NCBI GenBank assembly: GCA_963666565.1
Contig: OY762911.1
Location: 3,776,001-3,840,000, forward strand
Length of the DNA stretch: 64,000 nucleotides
Reading direction: 5' to 3'
DNA from: Thermoanaerobaculia bacterium
Lineage (GTDB): Bacteria; Acidobacteriota; Thermoanaerobaculia; Multivoradales; Multivoraceae
The stretch's first letter is position 1, and each line of letters begins with the position of its first letter. Below, piece by piece: positions 45,808-55,193 of the stretch. The position numbers and the translations under genes were made by a program. Below the pieces are notes generated by a model. The model did no database searches. It saw only the letters and a list, made by a program, of their open reading frames with translations, and was not told the DNA's origin.

Positions 45808-47226
45808 ATGAAGCAGGTAACTTCCTGTGTGCTTGGTCTCCTGCTCGCCGCGGCGCTCCTCGCCCAGACGGCGGAGGTCGCCGGCCACTGGGAGGGCGCG
45901 ATCGAGGCGCCGACCGATTCCCTCGTCATCATGGTCGACCTGGAGGAGGTCGACGGCGCCTGGTCGGGGACGATCGACATTCCCGCCCAGGGCGCCAACG
46001 GCCTGCCGCTGTCGGACATCGGCGTGGACCTGGACAGCGGCGCGGTCCGCTTCTCGATGAGCGGCGTCCCCGGCGAGCCGACCTTCGAGGGCACGCTCGC
46101 CGGCGCCGAGATCGCCGGCGAGTTCCGCCAGGGTCCGGCCCGGCTCCCCTTCAGGCTCGGCCGCGACGCCGTGGAAGTCGAGGCGCCCCCGCGACCGCAG
46201 GAGCCGCAGCCGCCCTTCCCCTACGACGAGGAGGAAGTCGAGTACGCGAACGGCGACGTCACGATCGCCGGCACCCTGACCCTGCCGCCGGGCGCTGGCA
46301 AGGTCCCGGCGGCGCTCCTGATCTCTGGCAGCGGCGCCCTGAACCGCGATCTCGAGCTCGCGGGCCACAAACCCTTCCTCGTGCTGGCAGACCACCTGAC
46401 CCGGCTCGGCATCGCCGTACTGCGGGTCGACGACCGCGGCATCGGCGGCTCCACCGGCAGCACATCGCAGTCGACATCCCGGGACAAGGCGAACGACGTT
46501 CTCGTTGGCGTGCGCTTCCTGCGCGGTCACGACCGGATCGACTCGGAGCGCGTGGGTCTCATCGGCATTTCAGAAGGAGGGCTGGTGGCCCCGCTGGCGC
46601 TCAACCGGGTCGAACCGGGCACGATCGCGTACGCCGTGCTGCTGGCCGGACCGGGGGTGCCCGGCGGCGACCTGCTGCGCCAGCAGCTCCGACGGATCGC
46701 GGCGGCGAACGGCGCCCCCGCGCAGATGATCGAGGAACTCGCTGCGCTTCAGGATCGGGCGCTCGAGATCATCGGTTCCGGGATGCCGCCACAGGAGGCG
46801 GAAGCCGCCCTACGGGAGGTCGTCATTGACCAGTTGGCCGCATCGCCCGAGACGGCGAAACTGAGCGGCGAGGCGCTGGAAACCGCCGTGTCCGCCGCAG
46901 TCGAATCGACCCTCAGTCCCTGGTTCCGGTTCTTCATCCGCTACGACCCGCGCCCCGCCCTGGGAGGGCTCGCCGTGCCGACCCTCGCCCTCTTCGGCGG
47001 CAAGGACACCCAGGTGGACGCCGATCAGAACCAGACGGCGATCGAGGCCGCGATCGCGCCTTCCGGCAACCCGGACGTGATAATCCGGCGCTTCCCCGAC
47101 CTGAACCACCTCTTCCAGACCGCCGGCACCGGCTCGCCGGCGGAGTACGCGCTGATAGAGGAGACGATGGCGCCCGAAGTCCTCGGCCTGATCGGCGAGT
47201 GGATCCTGGAGCGCTTCGGCGACTGA
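45808..47226 (+). CDS. Exported alpha/beta hydrolase with N-terminal beta domain
   Basis: Signal peptide; ISGSG, DDRGIGGS, GISEGG nucleophile, DTQV, LNHLFQ. Confidence 0.87.
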   Translation: MKQVTSCVLGLLLAAALLAQTAEVAGHWEGAIEAPTDSLVIMVDLEEVDGAWSGTIDIPAQGANGLPLSDIGVDLDSGAVRFSMSGVPGEPTFEGTLAGAEIAGEFRQGPARLPFRLGRDAVEVEAPPRPQEPQPPFPYDEEEVEYANGDVTIAGTLTLPPGAGKVPAALLISGSGALNRDLELAGHKPFLVLADHLTRLGIAVLRVDDRGIGGSTGSTSQSTSRDKANDVLVGVRFLRGHDRIDSERVGLIGISEGGLVAPLALNRVEPGTIAYAVLLAGPGVPGGDLLRQQLRRIAAANGAPAQMIEELAALQDRALEIIGSGMPPQEAEAALREVVIDQLAASPETAKLSGEALETAVSAAVESTLSPWFRFFIRYDPRPALGGLAVPTLALFGGKDTQVDADQNQTAIEAAIAPSGNPDVIIRRFPDLNHLFQTAGTGSPAEYALIEETMAPEVLGLIGEWILERFGD

Positions 47227-47412
47227 AGGCCACACGAGCGCGCCGTACCCGCGCTCGCGGCGCCGGGACGGTTCCGCGGCCGGCGCGGTCGCTTCCATTA
47301 GACTCCCTCCCCGTTGGCCGGCGCACAGCGCTTGCCGACTCGAGGGCTTCCCGACTCGAACCGTGATCGACCCGACCGCCGGCAGCGCAGAACGACGACA
47401 AGGAACGTCCAG

Positions 47413-47736
47413 ATGCCCAGGATCACCTACATCGATCAGGCCGGCAGCGAGCGCGTGGTGGACGCGCCGCTCGGCGGCACGGTGATGGAGAGCGCCGTCG
47501 ACAACGACGTGGACGGGATCGTCGCCGCCTGCGGCGGCTCCTGCTCCTGCAGCACCTGCCACGTCTACGTGGACGAAGAATGGATCGAGGCGGTCGGCCC
47601 CCGGCACGACGATGAGGAGTACACCCTCGAGTTCGGGATCGACGTGCGGCCGACCAGCCGGCTGAGCTGCCAGATCGAGGTGACCGAGGAACTCGACGGC
47701 CTGGTCGTCCATCTGCCCGCCGAACAGGCCCAGTAG
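47413..47736 (+). CDS. 2Fe-2S ferredoxin (putidaredoxin/adrenodoxin type)
   Basis: CGGSCSCSTCHVY...SRLSCQ. Confidence 0.93.
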   Translation: MPRITYIDQAGSERVVDAPLGGTVMESAVDNDVDGIVAACGGSCSCSTCHVYVDEEWIEAVGPRHDDEEYTLEFGIDVRPTSRLSCQIEVTEELDGLVVHLPAEQAQ

Positions 47737-47791
47737 GCGCTCCGGCCGCACCGCCCGACAACCGCCGCCGCTCCCAAGGAGACAGCACCCC

Positions 47792-48460
47792 ATGAGCCTC
47801 GAACTCACCTTTCTCGGTCACTCCGGCTTCCTGATGAGCGACGGGGAACGCACGCTCGCCATCGACCCCTTTCTCACCGGCAACCCGGTGGCGACGATGG
47901 AGGCCGCGGACGTCGAGTGCGACGCCATCGCCCTGACCCACGGCCATGCCGATCATTTCGGCGACACCCTGGCCATCGCCCAGGCCAACAACGCGAACGT
48001 GATCGCCGCGTTCGAGATGTGCAACTACCTGCAGGAACAGGGGCACGACAACGTGAACCCGGGTAATCCGGGGGGCCGGATCGAAACGGAGTTCGGCTGG
48101 GTCGCCTTCACTCACGCCTTCCATTCGTCGTCATACGAAGGCCGCTACATGGGGATGCCGTGCGGACTCGTCGTCCACATGGGCGGAAAGACCGTGTACC
48201 ACTGCGGCGACACGGGGCTCTTCGGCGACATGAAGCTGATCGGCGAGATCTACCGGCCGGACGCCGCCTGCGTGCCGATCGGCGATCGCTTCACGATGGG
48301 GCCGGAGCTGGCGACGAAGGCGGCCGAATCGATCGGCGCGCCGGTGGCGATCCCGGTCCACTACGACACCTGGCCGCCGATCGCGCAGGATCCGGCCGAC
48401 TTCGCGCCCGCCGGCGTCGACGTCAAGGTGATGGCGCCGGGCGATACGCTCGCCGTCTGA
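47792..48460 (+). CDS. Metal-dependent hydrolase, metallo-beta-lactamase fold (UPF0173)
   Basis: LGHS, IDPFLTGN, THGHADH, HCGDT, PIGDRFTM, PVHYDTW. Confidence 0.9.
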   Translation: MSLELTFLGHSGFLMSDGERTLAIDPFLTGNPVATMEAADVECDAIALTHGHADHFGDTLAIAQANNANVIAAFEMCNYLQEQGHDNVNPGNPGGRIETEFGWVAFTHAFHSSSYEGRYMGMPCGLVVHMGGKTVYHCGDTGLFGDMKLIGEIYRPDAACVPIGDRFTMGPELATKAAESIGAPVAIPVHYDTWPPIAQDPADFAPAGVDVKVMAPGDTLAV

Positions 48461-48542
48461 CCGCGGCGGCTTCCCGCCGCGGCAATCGTGAACCGGCCGC
48501 AACAAGCTCCGCGCCGCTCCGTACCACGAAGCTGACGACGCC

Positions 48543-49397
48543 ATGCTCCTGTTCGACCATGTCAGCAAGCGTTTCGGCGACCTGCGCGCGGTCGACGACC
48601 TGTCTTTCGAGTTGGAAGCCGGCGAGGTGTTCGGGCTGCTGGGGCCGAACGGCGCCGGCAAGACGACCGCGATCAACATGGCCGTCGGTTTGCTCGAACC
48701 GGACGAAGGAGTCGTCCGCTTCGCCGACCAGACCTTCGACCGGGATCCGCGCGAGGCGGAGAATCGCAGGTCGCTGGGCCTGGCGCCGCAGTCCATCGCT
48801 CTCTACGAGGAACTCACGGCCACGGACAACCTGCGGTTCTTCGGTCGCCTGCACGGCCTTGGAGGGTCCGACCTCGACGAGCGCATCGGGGCCTGCCTCG
48901 ACTTCGCCGACCTTGAAGACGTAGCGAAGAAGGCCGTCTCGAAGTTCTCCGGCGGCATGAAGCGGCGGCTCAATCTCGCGGTCGCCATCGTTCACGACCC
49001 GGACGTCATCCTGCTCGACGAGCCGACGGTCGGCGTCGATCCGCAGTCGAGGAACGCGATCTTCGACCGCGTCGAGCAGCTTCGGGACGACGGCAAGCAG
49101 ATCGTCTACACCACCCACTACATGGAAGAGGCGCAGCGCCTCTGCGACCGGGTCGCGATCCTCGACCGGGGACGGCTGATGGCTCTCGACACGGTGCCGG
49201 CGCTGATCGCGGCCCACGGCGGCCCCGGCAACCTGGTGGTTCACGGGAAAGACGGCGAGCAACGCCACGAGACGATGGACCCTCTGGCCACGCTCGCCCA
49301 ACTCCAGGACCGACAGACCGTCGACCACTTCCAGTACCTGCCGCCGGATCTCGAGACCGTGTTCCTGAACCTCACGGGCCGCGCGCTCCGGGACTGA
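48543..49397 (+). CDS. ABC-2 type exporter ATP-binding protein
   Basis: GPNGAGKTT, FSGGMKRR, LLDEPT, TTHYMEEA. Confidence 0.93.
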   Translation: MLLFDHVSKRFGDLRAVDDLSFELEAGEVFGLLGPNGAGKTTAINMAVGLLEPDEGVVRFADQTFDRDPREAENRRSLGLAPQSIALYEELTATDNLRFFGRLHGLGGSDLDERIGACLDFADLEDVAKKAVSKFSGGMKRRLNLAVAIVHDPDVILLDEPTVGVDPQSRNAIFDRVEQLRDDGKQIVYTTHYMEEAQRLCDRVAILDRGRLMALDTVPALIAAHGGPGNLVVHGKDGEQRHETMDPLATLAQLQDRQTVDHFQYLPPDLETVFLNLTGRALRD

Positions 49398-49434
49398 GCG
49401 AGTTTCGAATGGATCGACAACCGGGGAGCAGCCC

Positions 49435-50709
49435 GTGAGCAACATCGTGACGATGGCCCTGAAGGACATCCGGCTTCTGTTCCGGGATCGCCTGAGCCTC
49501 TTCTTCGTCCTTCTCTGGCCGCTGACGATGGCCATCTTCTTCGGCGCCATGTTCTCCGGCCTGGCCAGCGGGCCCGAGAGCGTTCCGGTCGCCCTCGCCG
49601 ACGAAGACCGGACCGCCGGTTCGGAGCGCTTCGCGGCCCGCCTTGCCGAGCTCGACGGGCTGGCCGTCGAGGTCGTGCCCCGGGAACAGGGGCTGGACCT
49701 GATTCGGCGCGGGCGGGCGCCGGTGCTGGTGACCCTGCAACCCGGCTTCGGCGCCGCGCTCGACAATCCGTTCGTCGCCACGCCACGGCTCGAGATGGCG
49801 GTCGACCCGAGGCAGGCGGCGGTGGCCGGCATGGTCAGGGGCCTCCTGCTGGAGTCCGCCGGCGCCGAACTCGCCGACCTGATGGCGGACCCGGCGCGAA
49901 TGGCCACCGCGAACGCCGCCAACCGGACCGGCATCGCCGCCCTGCCGCCCTCGGCGGCGCGCGACGAGTTCCTGAGCTTTCTCGACACGACGCCGCGCAT
50001 CTCGTCGCTCATCGAAGAGTTGGGAATCGGCGGCGCGACCACCGCGGCAACTCGCGGCGGGACGCCGCTCGAGGTCGAGCAGACCACGGTCCAGGCCGAA
50101 CAGCGGGGCCCGACGAACGCCTACGCGACGACCTTCCCCCAAGCCATGATCTGGGCGCTGATCGGCGGCGCGGCCTCCTTCAGCCTGTCGCTCACCCTGG
50201 AGCGGAGCCGGGGCACCCTTCTCCGGTTGCTCGTCTCGCCCACCGGCACCAGGGAGGTGCTGGCGTCGAAGGCGCTGGCGGCCATGGCCACCTCGGTTGC
50301 CGTGACGACGGCGCTGATCGCCCTGGGAATCGCCGCGTTCGGCGTCGAGCCCAGGTCCTACCCCTTGCTGGCCTTGGCCGTCTTGTGCGGCGCGATCTGC
50401 TTCAGCGGCCTGACGATGGCCTTCTCCGTGCTCGGCTCGACGGAGGGCGGCACGGCGGGGGTGAGCTGGGGGATCATGCTCCCCATGTCGATGCTCGGCG
50501 GCGTCATGTTCCCGCTGTTCCTGATGCCGCAGTGGATGCAGGTGCTCAGCAACATCAGCCCGATGAAATGGGCCCTGCTCGCCCTTGAGGGCGCGGTCTG
50601 GCGGGGCTTCACGCCGGTCGAGATGATCCCGCCTTGCAGCGTGCTGGTGCTGATCGGCGTAGTCACCTTCAGTTTCGGCGCCTCCCGGCTGCGCTGGAGC
50701 GCGGACTGA
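49435..50709 (+). CDS. ABC-2 type exporter permease
   Basis: N-terminal TM, large periplasmic loop, ERSRGTLLRL, five C-terminal TMs. Confidence 0.9.
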   Translation: MSNIVTMALKDIRLLFRDRLSLFFVLLWPLTMAIFFGAMFSGLASGPESVPVALADEDRTAGSERFAARLAELDGLAVEVVPREQGLDLIRRGRAPVLVTLQPGFGAALDNPFVATPRLEMAVDPRQAAVAGMVRGLLLESAGAELADLMADPARMATANAANRTGIAALPPSAARDEFLSFLDTTPRISSLIEELGIGGATTAATRGGTPLEVEQTTVQAEQRGPTNAYATTFPQAMIWALIGGAASFSLSLTLERSRGTLLRLLVSPTGTREVLASKALAAMATSVAVTTALIALGIAAFGVEPRSYPLLALAVLCGAICFSGLTMAFSVLGSTEGGTAGVSWGIMLPMSMLGGVMFPLFLMPQWMQVLSNISPMKWALLALEGAVWRGFTPVEMIPPCSVLVLIGVVTFSFGASRLRWSAD

Positions 50710-50713
50710 CTCC

Positions 50714-51637
50714 TTGACCGGTTCCCTGCTCGTCATCGGCTCGGTCAACTACGACCTGATCTTCCGGCATCCGAGGCTGCCCCGGCAGGGAGAGACGATC
50801 TCCGGCGCCGAACTGTTCGAATCCTGCGGTGGCAAGGGCGCCAACCAGGCCGTGGCGGCGGTGCGCTGCCGCGGCGCGCTCGGCGAGGCCGCACCGTCCG
50901 TTCTCATCGGCGGCGCGGTCGGCGCCGACGCCCACGCCGCGGCCCAACGGCGGGTCTTTGCGGAAGACGGACTCGACACCCGGTGCCTGCTCGTCCTCGA
51001 CGACCGCCACACCGGTCTCTCAGCCGTCTGGGTCGAGGCCGCCACCGGCGACAACCGGATCATGAACTCTCCGGGGGCGAACAGCCGGCTGACGGCGGGC
51101 GCCCTGGCCGCGGCGCCGATCGAGGAGGCGGGGCTGCTGCTGATCCAGAACGAAACCCCGGCAGACGGTGTGCGGAGCGCCGTCGAACGCGCTCACGGCG
51201 CCGGTGTGCCGGTGATCTGGAACCCGGCGCCCATCGACGAGGCGAGCGACCCGGGGCTCGATCCCCGGCACGTCGACTGGGTCACACCGAACGAAGTGGA
51301 GTGCGCGGTGCTGCTCGGCCGCGCCGGCGAGCGGATCGACGCCGGCAGCGCCGCCGACGCCGCGGCCGAGTTGCTCAGGCTCGGCTACCGCGGCGCGATC
51401 CTGACCCTGGGCCCGGCCGGAGTCCTGGTCGCGAAGCCGGAGTCGCCGCCGGAGTTGATCCCCGCCCCCCAGGTCGACGCGGTCGACACGACCGGTGCCG
51501 GCGACGCCTTCAACGGCGCCTTCGCCGCCGGCCTGCTTGCCACCTCCGACAGCCGCGAGGCCGCGGCCTTCGGCGTCCGCTACGCCAGCGACTCCGTGAC
51601 CAGGCATGGCACCCAGACTTCCTTCGCCCGCTGGTAG
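50714..51637 (+). CDS. rbsK: Ribokinase (PfkB family)
   Basis: GSVNYD, GGKGANQA, QNE, PNEVE, DTTGAGDAFNG. Confidence 0.85.
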   Translation: MTGSLLVIGSVNYDLIFRHPRLPRQGETISGAELFESCGGKGANQAVAAVRCRGALGEAAPSVLIGGAVGADAHAAAQRRVFAEDGLDTRCLLVLDDRHTGLSAVWVEAATGDNRIMNSPGANSRLTAGALAAAPIEEAGLLLIQNETPADGVRSAVERAHGAGVPVIWNPAPIDEASDPGLDPRHVDWVTPNEVECAVLLGRAGERIDAGSAADAAAELLRLGYRGAILTLGPAGVLVAKPESPPELIPAPQVDAVDTTGAGDAFNGAFAAGLLATSDSREAAAFGVRYASDSVTRHGTQTSFARW

Positions 51638-51646
51638 CGTCGCCGC

Positions 51647-52945
51647 GTGGCTGGCCGCGGATCCTCCACCAAGCTCGCCCTGCTCGGCGGCACTCCGGTC
51701 CGCGACAGGGCGTGGCCCCAATGGCCGGCGCGCGGCGCCGAAGAGGAACGGGCTCTCATCGCGGCGTTCCGGGACGGCGACTGGGGCGGCTTCCCGCTGC
51801 CGAACGAGCGCTCGGCGGCCTTCGCCGCAGCCTTCGCCGAACGCCACGACTGCGAACACGCCCTCTGCGTGGCGAACGGCACGGTCTCGCTCGAAGTCGC
51901 GCTCCAGGCGATGGGCGTCGAGCCGGGCGCCGAGGTCATCGTGCCGGCATACACGTTCGAGGCGACCGCCTCGGCCGCCCTGTTCGCGGGTTGCGCGCCC
52001 GTGTTCGCCGACATCGACCCGGAGACGTACTGCATCGACGTCAACGCGGCCGAGGCGCTGGTCACCGAGCGCACCCAGGCGATCGTCCCCGTCCACCTGG
52101 CGATGACGATCGCCGACCTGGACGCCATCGGCAAGCTCGCCGGGAAGCACGGCTTGGCCGTGCTCGAGGACTGCGCCCACGCCCACGGCGCCCGCTGGCG
52201 CGGCCGCGGCGTCGGTTCCTGGGGCGACGCCGGATCCTTCAGCTTCCAGACCTCGAAGCTGATGACGGCCGGCGAGGGCGGCACCGTGACGACATCGGAC
52301 AACGCGCTTCTCGACCGGCTGCACGCCCTCGTGAACTGCGGCCGCCAGCGCCCGGGGGCCGCGGAACCCGCGGCGGTGATTGGCCACAACTACCGGATGA
52401 CGGACCTCCAGGCGGCGATCCTGAAAGTGCAGCTCGAGCGGCTCGATCGACAGCACGAGATCCGCGCCGCCAACGCCAGTCGCCTGCGCGCCGCGATCGA
52501 GGACATAGACGGGCTGACGAATCTCCGGATCGACGACCGCGTAACGACCCAGGCCATCTACCAGTTCGTCTTCCGCTTCGACACAACGGCCTTCGCCGGC
52601 ATCGACCGCGACGTCTTCGTCACGGCCCTCCAGGCCGAGGGCGTGCCGGCCGACGGCCGCTTCTACGAATCGCTGCCCTCAAGCGAACTGCTACGCCCGG
52701 ACCCGACCCGCTACCCGGCGTGGAGCACGGCTCTCGCGGACGCTCCGGCAGCGGACTGCCCGAACGCCGAACGCGCCGCGTATCGGGAGTCCGTCTGGCT
52801 GCCCCACCAGCTCCTGCTCGGCACGCAGGCCGACGTCGACGACATCGTCGAAGCCGTGCTCAAAGTGCAGCGCGGCGCCGCAGACCTCGCCGGACTAGAG
52901 AGCGCTGAAGTCGAGCGCCTGCGACAGGCGCGATCGGCGAGGTAG
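51647..52945 (+). CDS. DegT/DnrJ/EryC1/StrS PLP aminotransferase
   Basis: NGTVSL, EDCAHAHG, SFQTSKLMTAGEGG, NYRMT. Confidence 0.92.
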   Translation: MAGRGSSTKLALLGGTPVRDRAWPQWPARGAEEERALIAAFRDGDWGGFPLPNERSAAFAAAFAERHDCEHALCVANGTVSLEVALQAMGVEPGAEVIVPAYTFEATASAALFAGCAPVFADIDPETYCIDVNAAEALVTERTQAIVPVHLAMTIADLDAIGKLAGKHGLAVLEDCAHAHGARWRGRGVGSWGDAGSFSFQTSKLMTAGEGGTVTTSDNALLDRLHALVNCGRQRPGAAEPAAVIGHNYRMTDLQAAILKVQLERLDRQHEIRAANASRLRAAIEDIDGLTNLRIDDRVTTQAIYQFVFRFDTTAFAGIDRDVFVTALQAEGVPADGRFYESLPSSELLRPDPTRYPAWSTALADAPAADCPNAERAAYRESVWLPHQLLLGTQADVDDIVEAVLKVQRGAADLAGLESAEVERLRQARSAR

Positions 52946-52970
52946 AGCGCAGGCTCCGCGGTTCTTCATC

Positions 52971-53378
52971 TCAAAGGCTTCCCGACCCGGTCGACAGCGC
53001 CGGCTCGACATCGGTCAACGAGAAATCGTCGCCCTTGAACAGGAGCGCCAGGTCTCTCTGTCGGGCCAGGGCGTAGGGGAAAACGTCTCCGAGGTTCAGG
53101 CGAGCCGGATGGCGGCCTTTCCCGAACCGGCGGTACGCTTCGACCGCGATCAGCGCCTGCTCGGCGTCGACCGGTTCGATCTCGACGAAGGGGAACGCGA
53201 GGAACTCCAGCAAAGCGCGGTTCGCGGCGTCGTCTCCACTGGTCACCGCGCCCAGTTCGGCCACCGAGCCGGCCGAAAGGAGGCCGCCGGCGGCGTCCGC
53301 GATCCGTTCCAGGTAGCGCACCGAGTCCGGTTCTCCCAGGAGGATCGCCACAACGACCGAGGAGTCGACGACGATCAC
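52971..53378 (-). CDS. vapC: VapC PIN-domain toxin
   Basis: MIVVDSS..AILLGE, RFGKGRHPARLNLGD..YALA..LLFKGDDF. Confidence 0.92.
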   Translation of the reverse strand: MIVVDSSVVVAILLGEPDSVRYLERIADAAGGLLSAGSVAELGAVTSGDDAANRALLEFLAFPFVEIEPVDAEQALIAVEAYRRFGKGRHPARLNLGDVFPYALARQRDLALLFKGDDFSLTDVEPALSTGSGSL

Positions 53379-53683
53379 TTCGGCACGCCTCGCTCATCGT
53401 AGATCTGCTCGAAGAGCGTCTCGGACAAAGGCCGGTCGGGATCGAGAGTCGGGTCGGCGGCAAGCAGGGCCGCGCGCAACTCGGGTCCCTTCTCGCTGAA
53501 CTTCGTCAACGCCGCCCGAATCTCCTCGGGGCTGCACTTTCGGATGCCCCGTTTCTCCTCCAGCGCCCCGATGGCGCTTTCGATTACCTTCACCTTGCTG
53601 CCGCGGCCACCTCCGTGCAGAACCTTGGCGAGGTACTCGACCCGTTCGTCGAGGTCCGGCCGGTGGGCTATGTTGATCGCCAT
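53375..53683 (-). CDS. vapB: VapB antitoxin (Rv0623-like)
   Basis: MAINI..; ends YDERGVPK with a 4-nt overlap onto vapC. Confidence 0.78.
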   Translation of the reverse strand: MAINIAHRPDLDERVEYLAKVLHGGGRGSKVKVIESAIGALEEKRGIRKCSPEEIRAALTKFSEKGPELRAALLAADPTLDPDRPLSETLFEQIYDERGVPK

Positions 53684-53875
53684 CCTGAAGTTCCCAAGGC
53701 CATCTCTCCCCGGCCTTGACGGACATCGTAGCATCGATCGTAGCGAGCGGCGCGGCGCCGGGGGCCAACGCCAGGCTGGAAGCGCCCGCCCCACTTGCTC
53801 ACGCCTGCTTCGATCACGCGCTCGAGCCACTCTCGGAATCGGCTCGCCCCGGAACTCGCGAATCGACTCGATGGC

Positions 53876-53908
53876 GCACAATCTGAAAGCAGAACTTTCA
53901 GATTGTGC
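53876..53908. promoter_or_regulatory. AT-rich perfect 14-bp inverted repeat (operator or terminator)
   Basis: gcacaatctgaaag-cagaa-ctttcagattgtgc. Confidence 0.55.
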
Positions 53909-53922
53909 CGCGCCTCGCCTTT

Positions 53923-55191
53923 CTAGGCCCAGGTCAGCGCGCCGTCGCTCTGCCCGAACGAGTCCGTCTCCACGCCCATCGACTGCAGCAGAGTCACGTA
54001 GAGATTGCAAAGCGGCGCGTTGTGCCTGCCCTCGTGGACGACGTGCTGGCCGTGGCTGAAACCGCCGCCGGCGAGGAGGATCGGCAGATCCTTCGGCTCA
54101 TGGGAGTTGGCATTGCCCAGGTTGCTGCCGAACAACACGGCCGTGTCGTCGAGGAGCGAGCCGTTGCCGTCGCTGCGCTCGCCCATGTCGACCAGGAGAT
54201 CGTCGAAGCTCTCGACGATCTCGGTCTCGATCTTCTTGAGCTGCGCGATCTTCGCCGGGTCCTGGCCGTGGTGCGAGAGACTGTGCTGGTCGAAGTTCAC
54301 GCCCGGGACGTCGATGACCACGCCGTGATCCTGGATCATCAGGCTGATGACGCGAGACGAGTCGGTCTCCAGGATCAGCGGGATCATCCGGAACATCAGC
54401 TTGATGCGGCCGATCAGGTCGTTGCGCGACGGAATGTCGACGGGCGGTTCGGCATCGACCACCGGCTTCGGCTTCTGTTGCCAGGCCTTGACCTCGGCGA
54501 GGTCGAGTTCGGCGGTACGCACCGCGTCGAAGTAGGAGTCCAGCTTCACCTGGTCGGCCATGCTCACCCGCCGGCGGAGCGCCGACGTCTGCGACTTGAG
54601 CCGGTCGAGGATGCTGCCGCCGTCGTTCAGGCTCCGCTTCTCGCGCTCGACTTCTTCCGGGGTGCCCTGCAGGAACAACTGCCGGAACAGGTTCGACGGG
54701 CTCGTCTCCGCCGGCACCATGGCGCCGCTCCTGGTGTAGGACTGGCTCTGCGGCGCCGCCGTCCCGAGCACGACGGACGGGAACCGGGTCGTGTAGCCGA
54801 GATGGTTCGCGGCCACCTGGTCCATCGAGATCGTGTTGCGGAAACCGTCCAGACCGGGGCGCCGGGCCGCCGTCAGGAACGTGATCTCCGAGTTGTGCGG
54901 CTGCCGGCCGGTCTGCTCCTCGTGCGAGAACCCGCTGAACAGGGTGAAGTTGTCGCGGTGCTTCTCGAGCAGCGAGAGGTACTCCGTGGCCTCCCACGCC
55001 GCGCCCGCGGTCTTCGGGAACCACGCCTCCTTGTAGAGGCCGAGCGTGTTGCAGATGTTGACCATCCGCCTGGGCCCCGCGGCCGCGGCATGGGCCAGCC
55101 GTGGCGTCATCGACTCCAGCATGGGCAGCGCCAGGGCGACGCCGGAGGCGCGGAGGAACGTACGGCGATCGAGCGGCTTGGTCAGGTTCAT
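53923..55191 (-). CDS. DUF1552 family protein with Tat-like signal
   Basis: LDRRTFLRASGVALALPMLESM, ISMDQVAA, SILD, HSLSHH, LPILLAGG. Confidence 0.9.
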   Translation of the reverse strand: MNLTKPLDRRTFLRASGVALALPMLESMTPRLAHAAAAGPRRMVNICNTLGLYKEAWFPKTAGAAWEATEYLSLLEKHRDNFTLFSGFSHEEQTGRQPHNSEITFLTAARRPGLDGFRNTISMDQVAANHLGYTTRFPSVVLGTAAPQSQSYTRSGAMVPAETSPSNLFRQLFLQGTPEEVEREKRSLNDGGSILDRLKSQTSALRRRVSMADQVKLDSYFDAVRTAELDLAEVKAWQQKPKPVVDAEPPVDIPSRNDLIGRIKLMFRMIPLILETDSSRVISLMIQDHGVVIDVPGVNFDQHSLSHHGQDPAKIAQLKKIETEIVESFDDLLVDMGERSDGNGSLLDDTAVLFGSNLGNANSHEPKDLPILLAGGGFSHGQHVVHEGRHNAPLCNLYVTLLQSMGVETDSFGQSDGALTWA

Positions 55192-55193
55192 CG

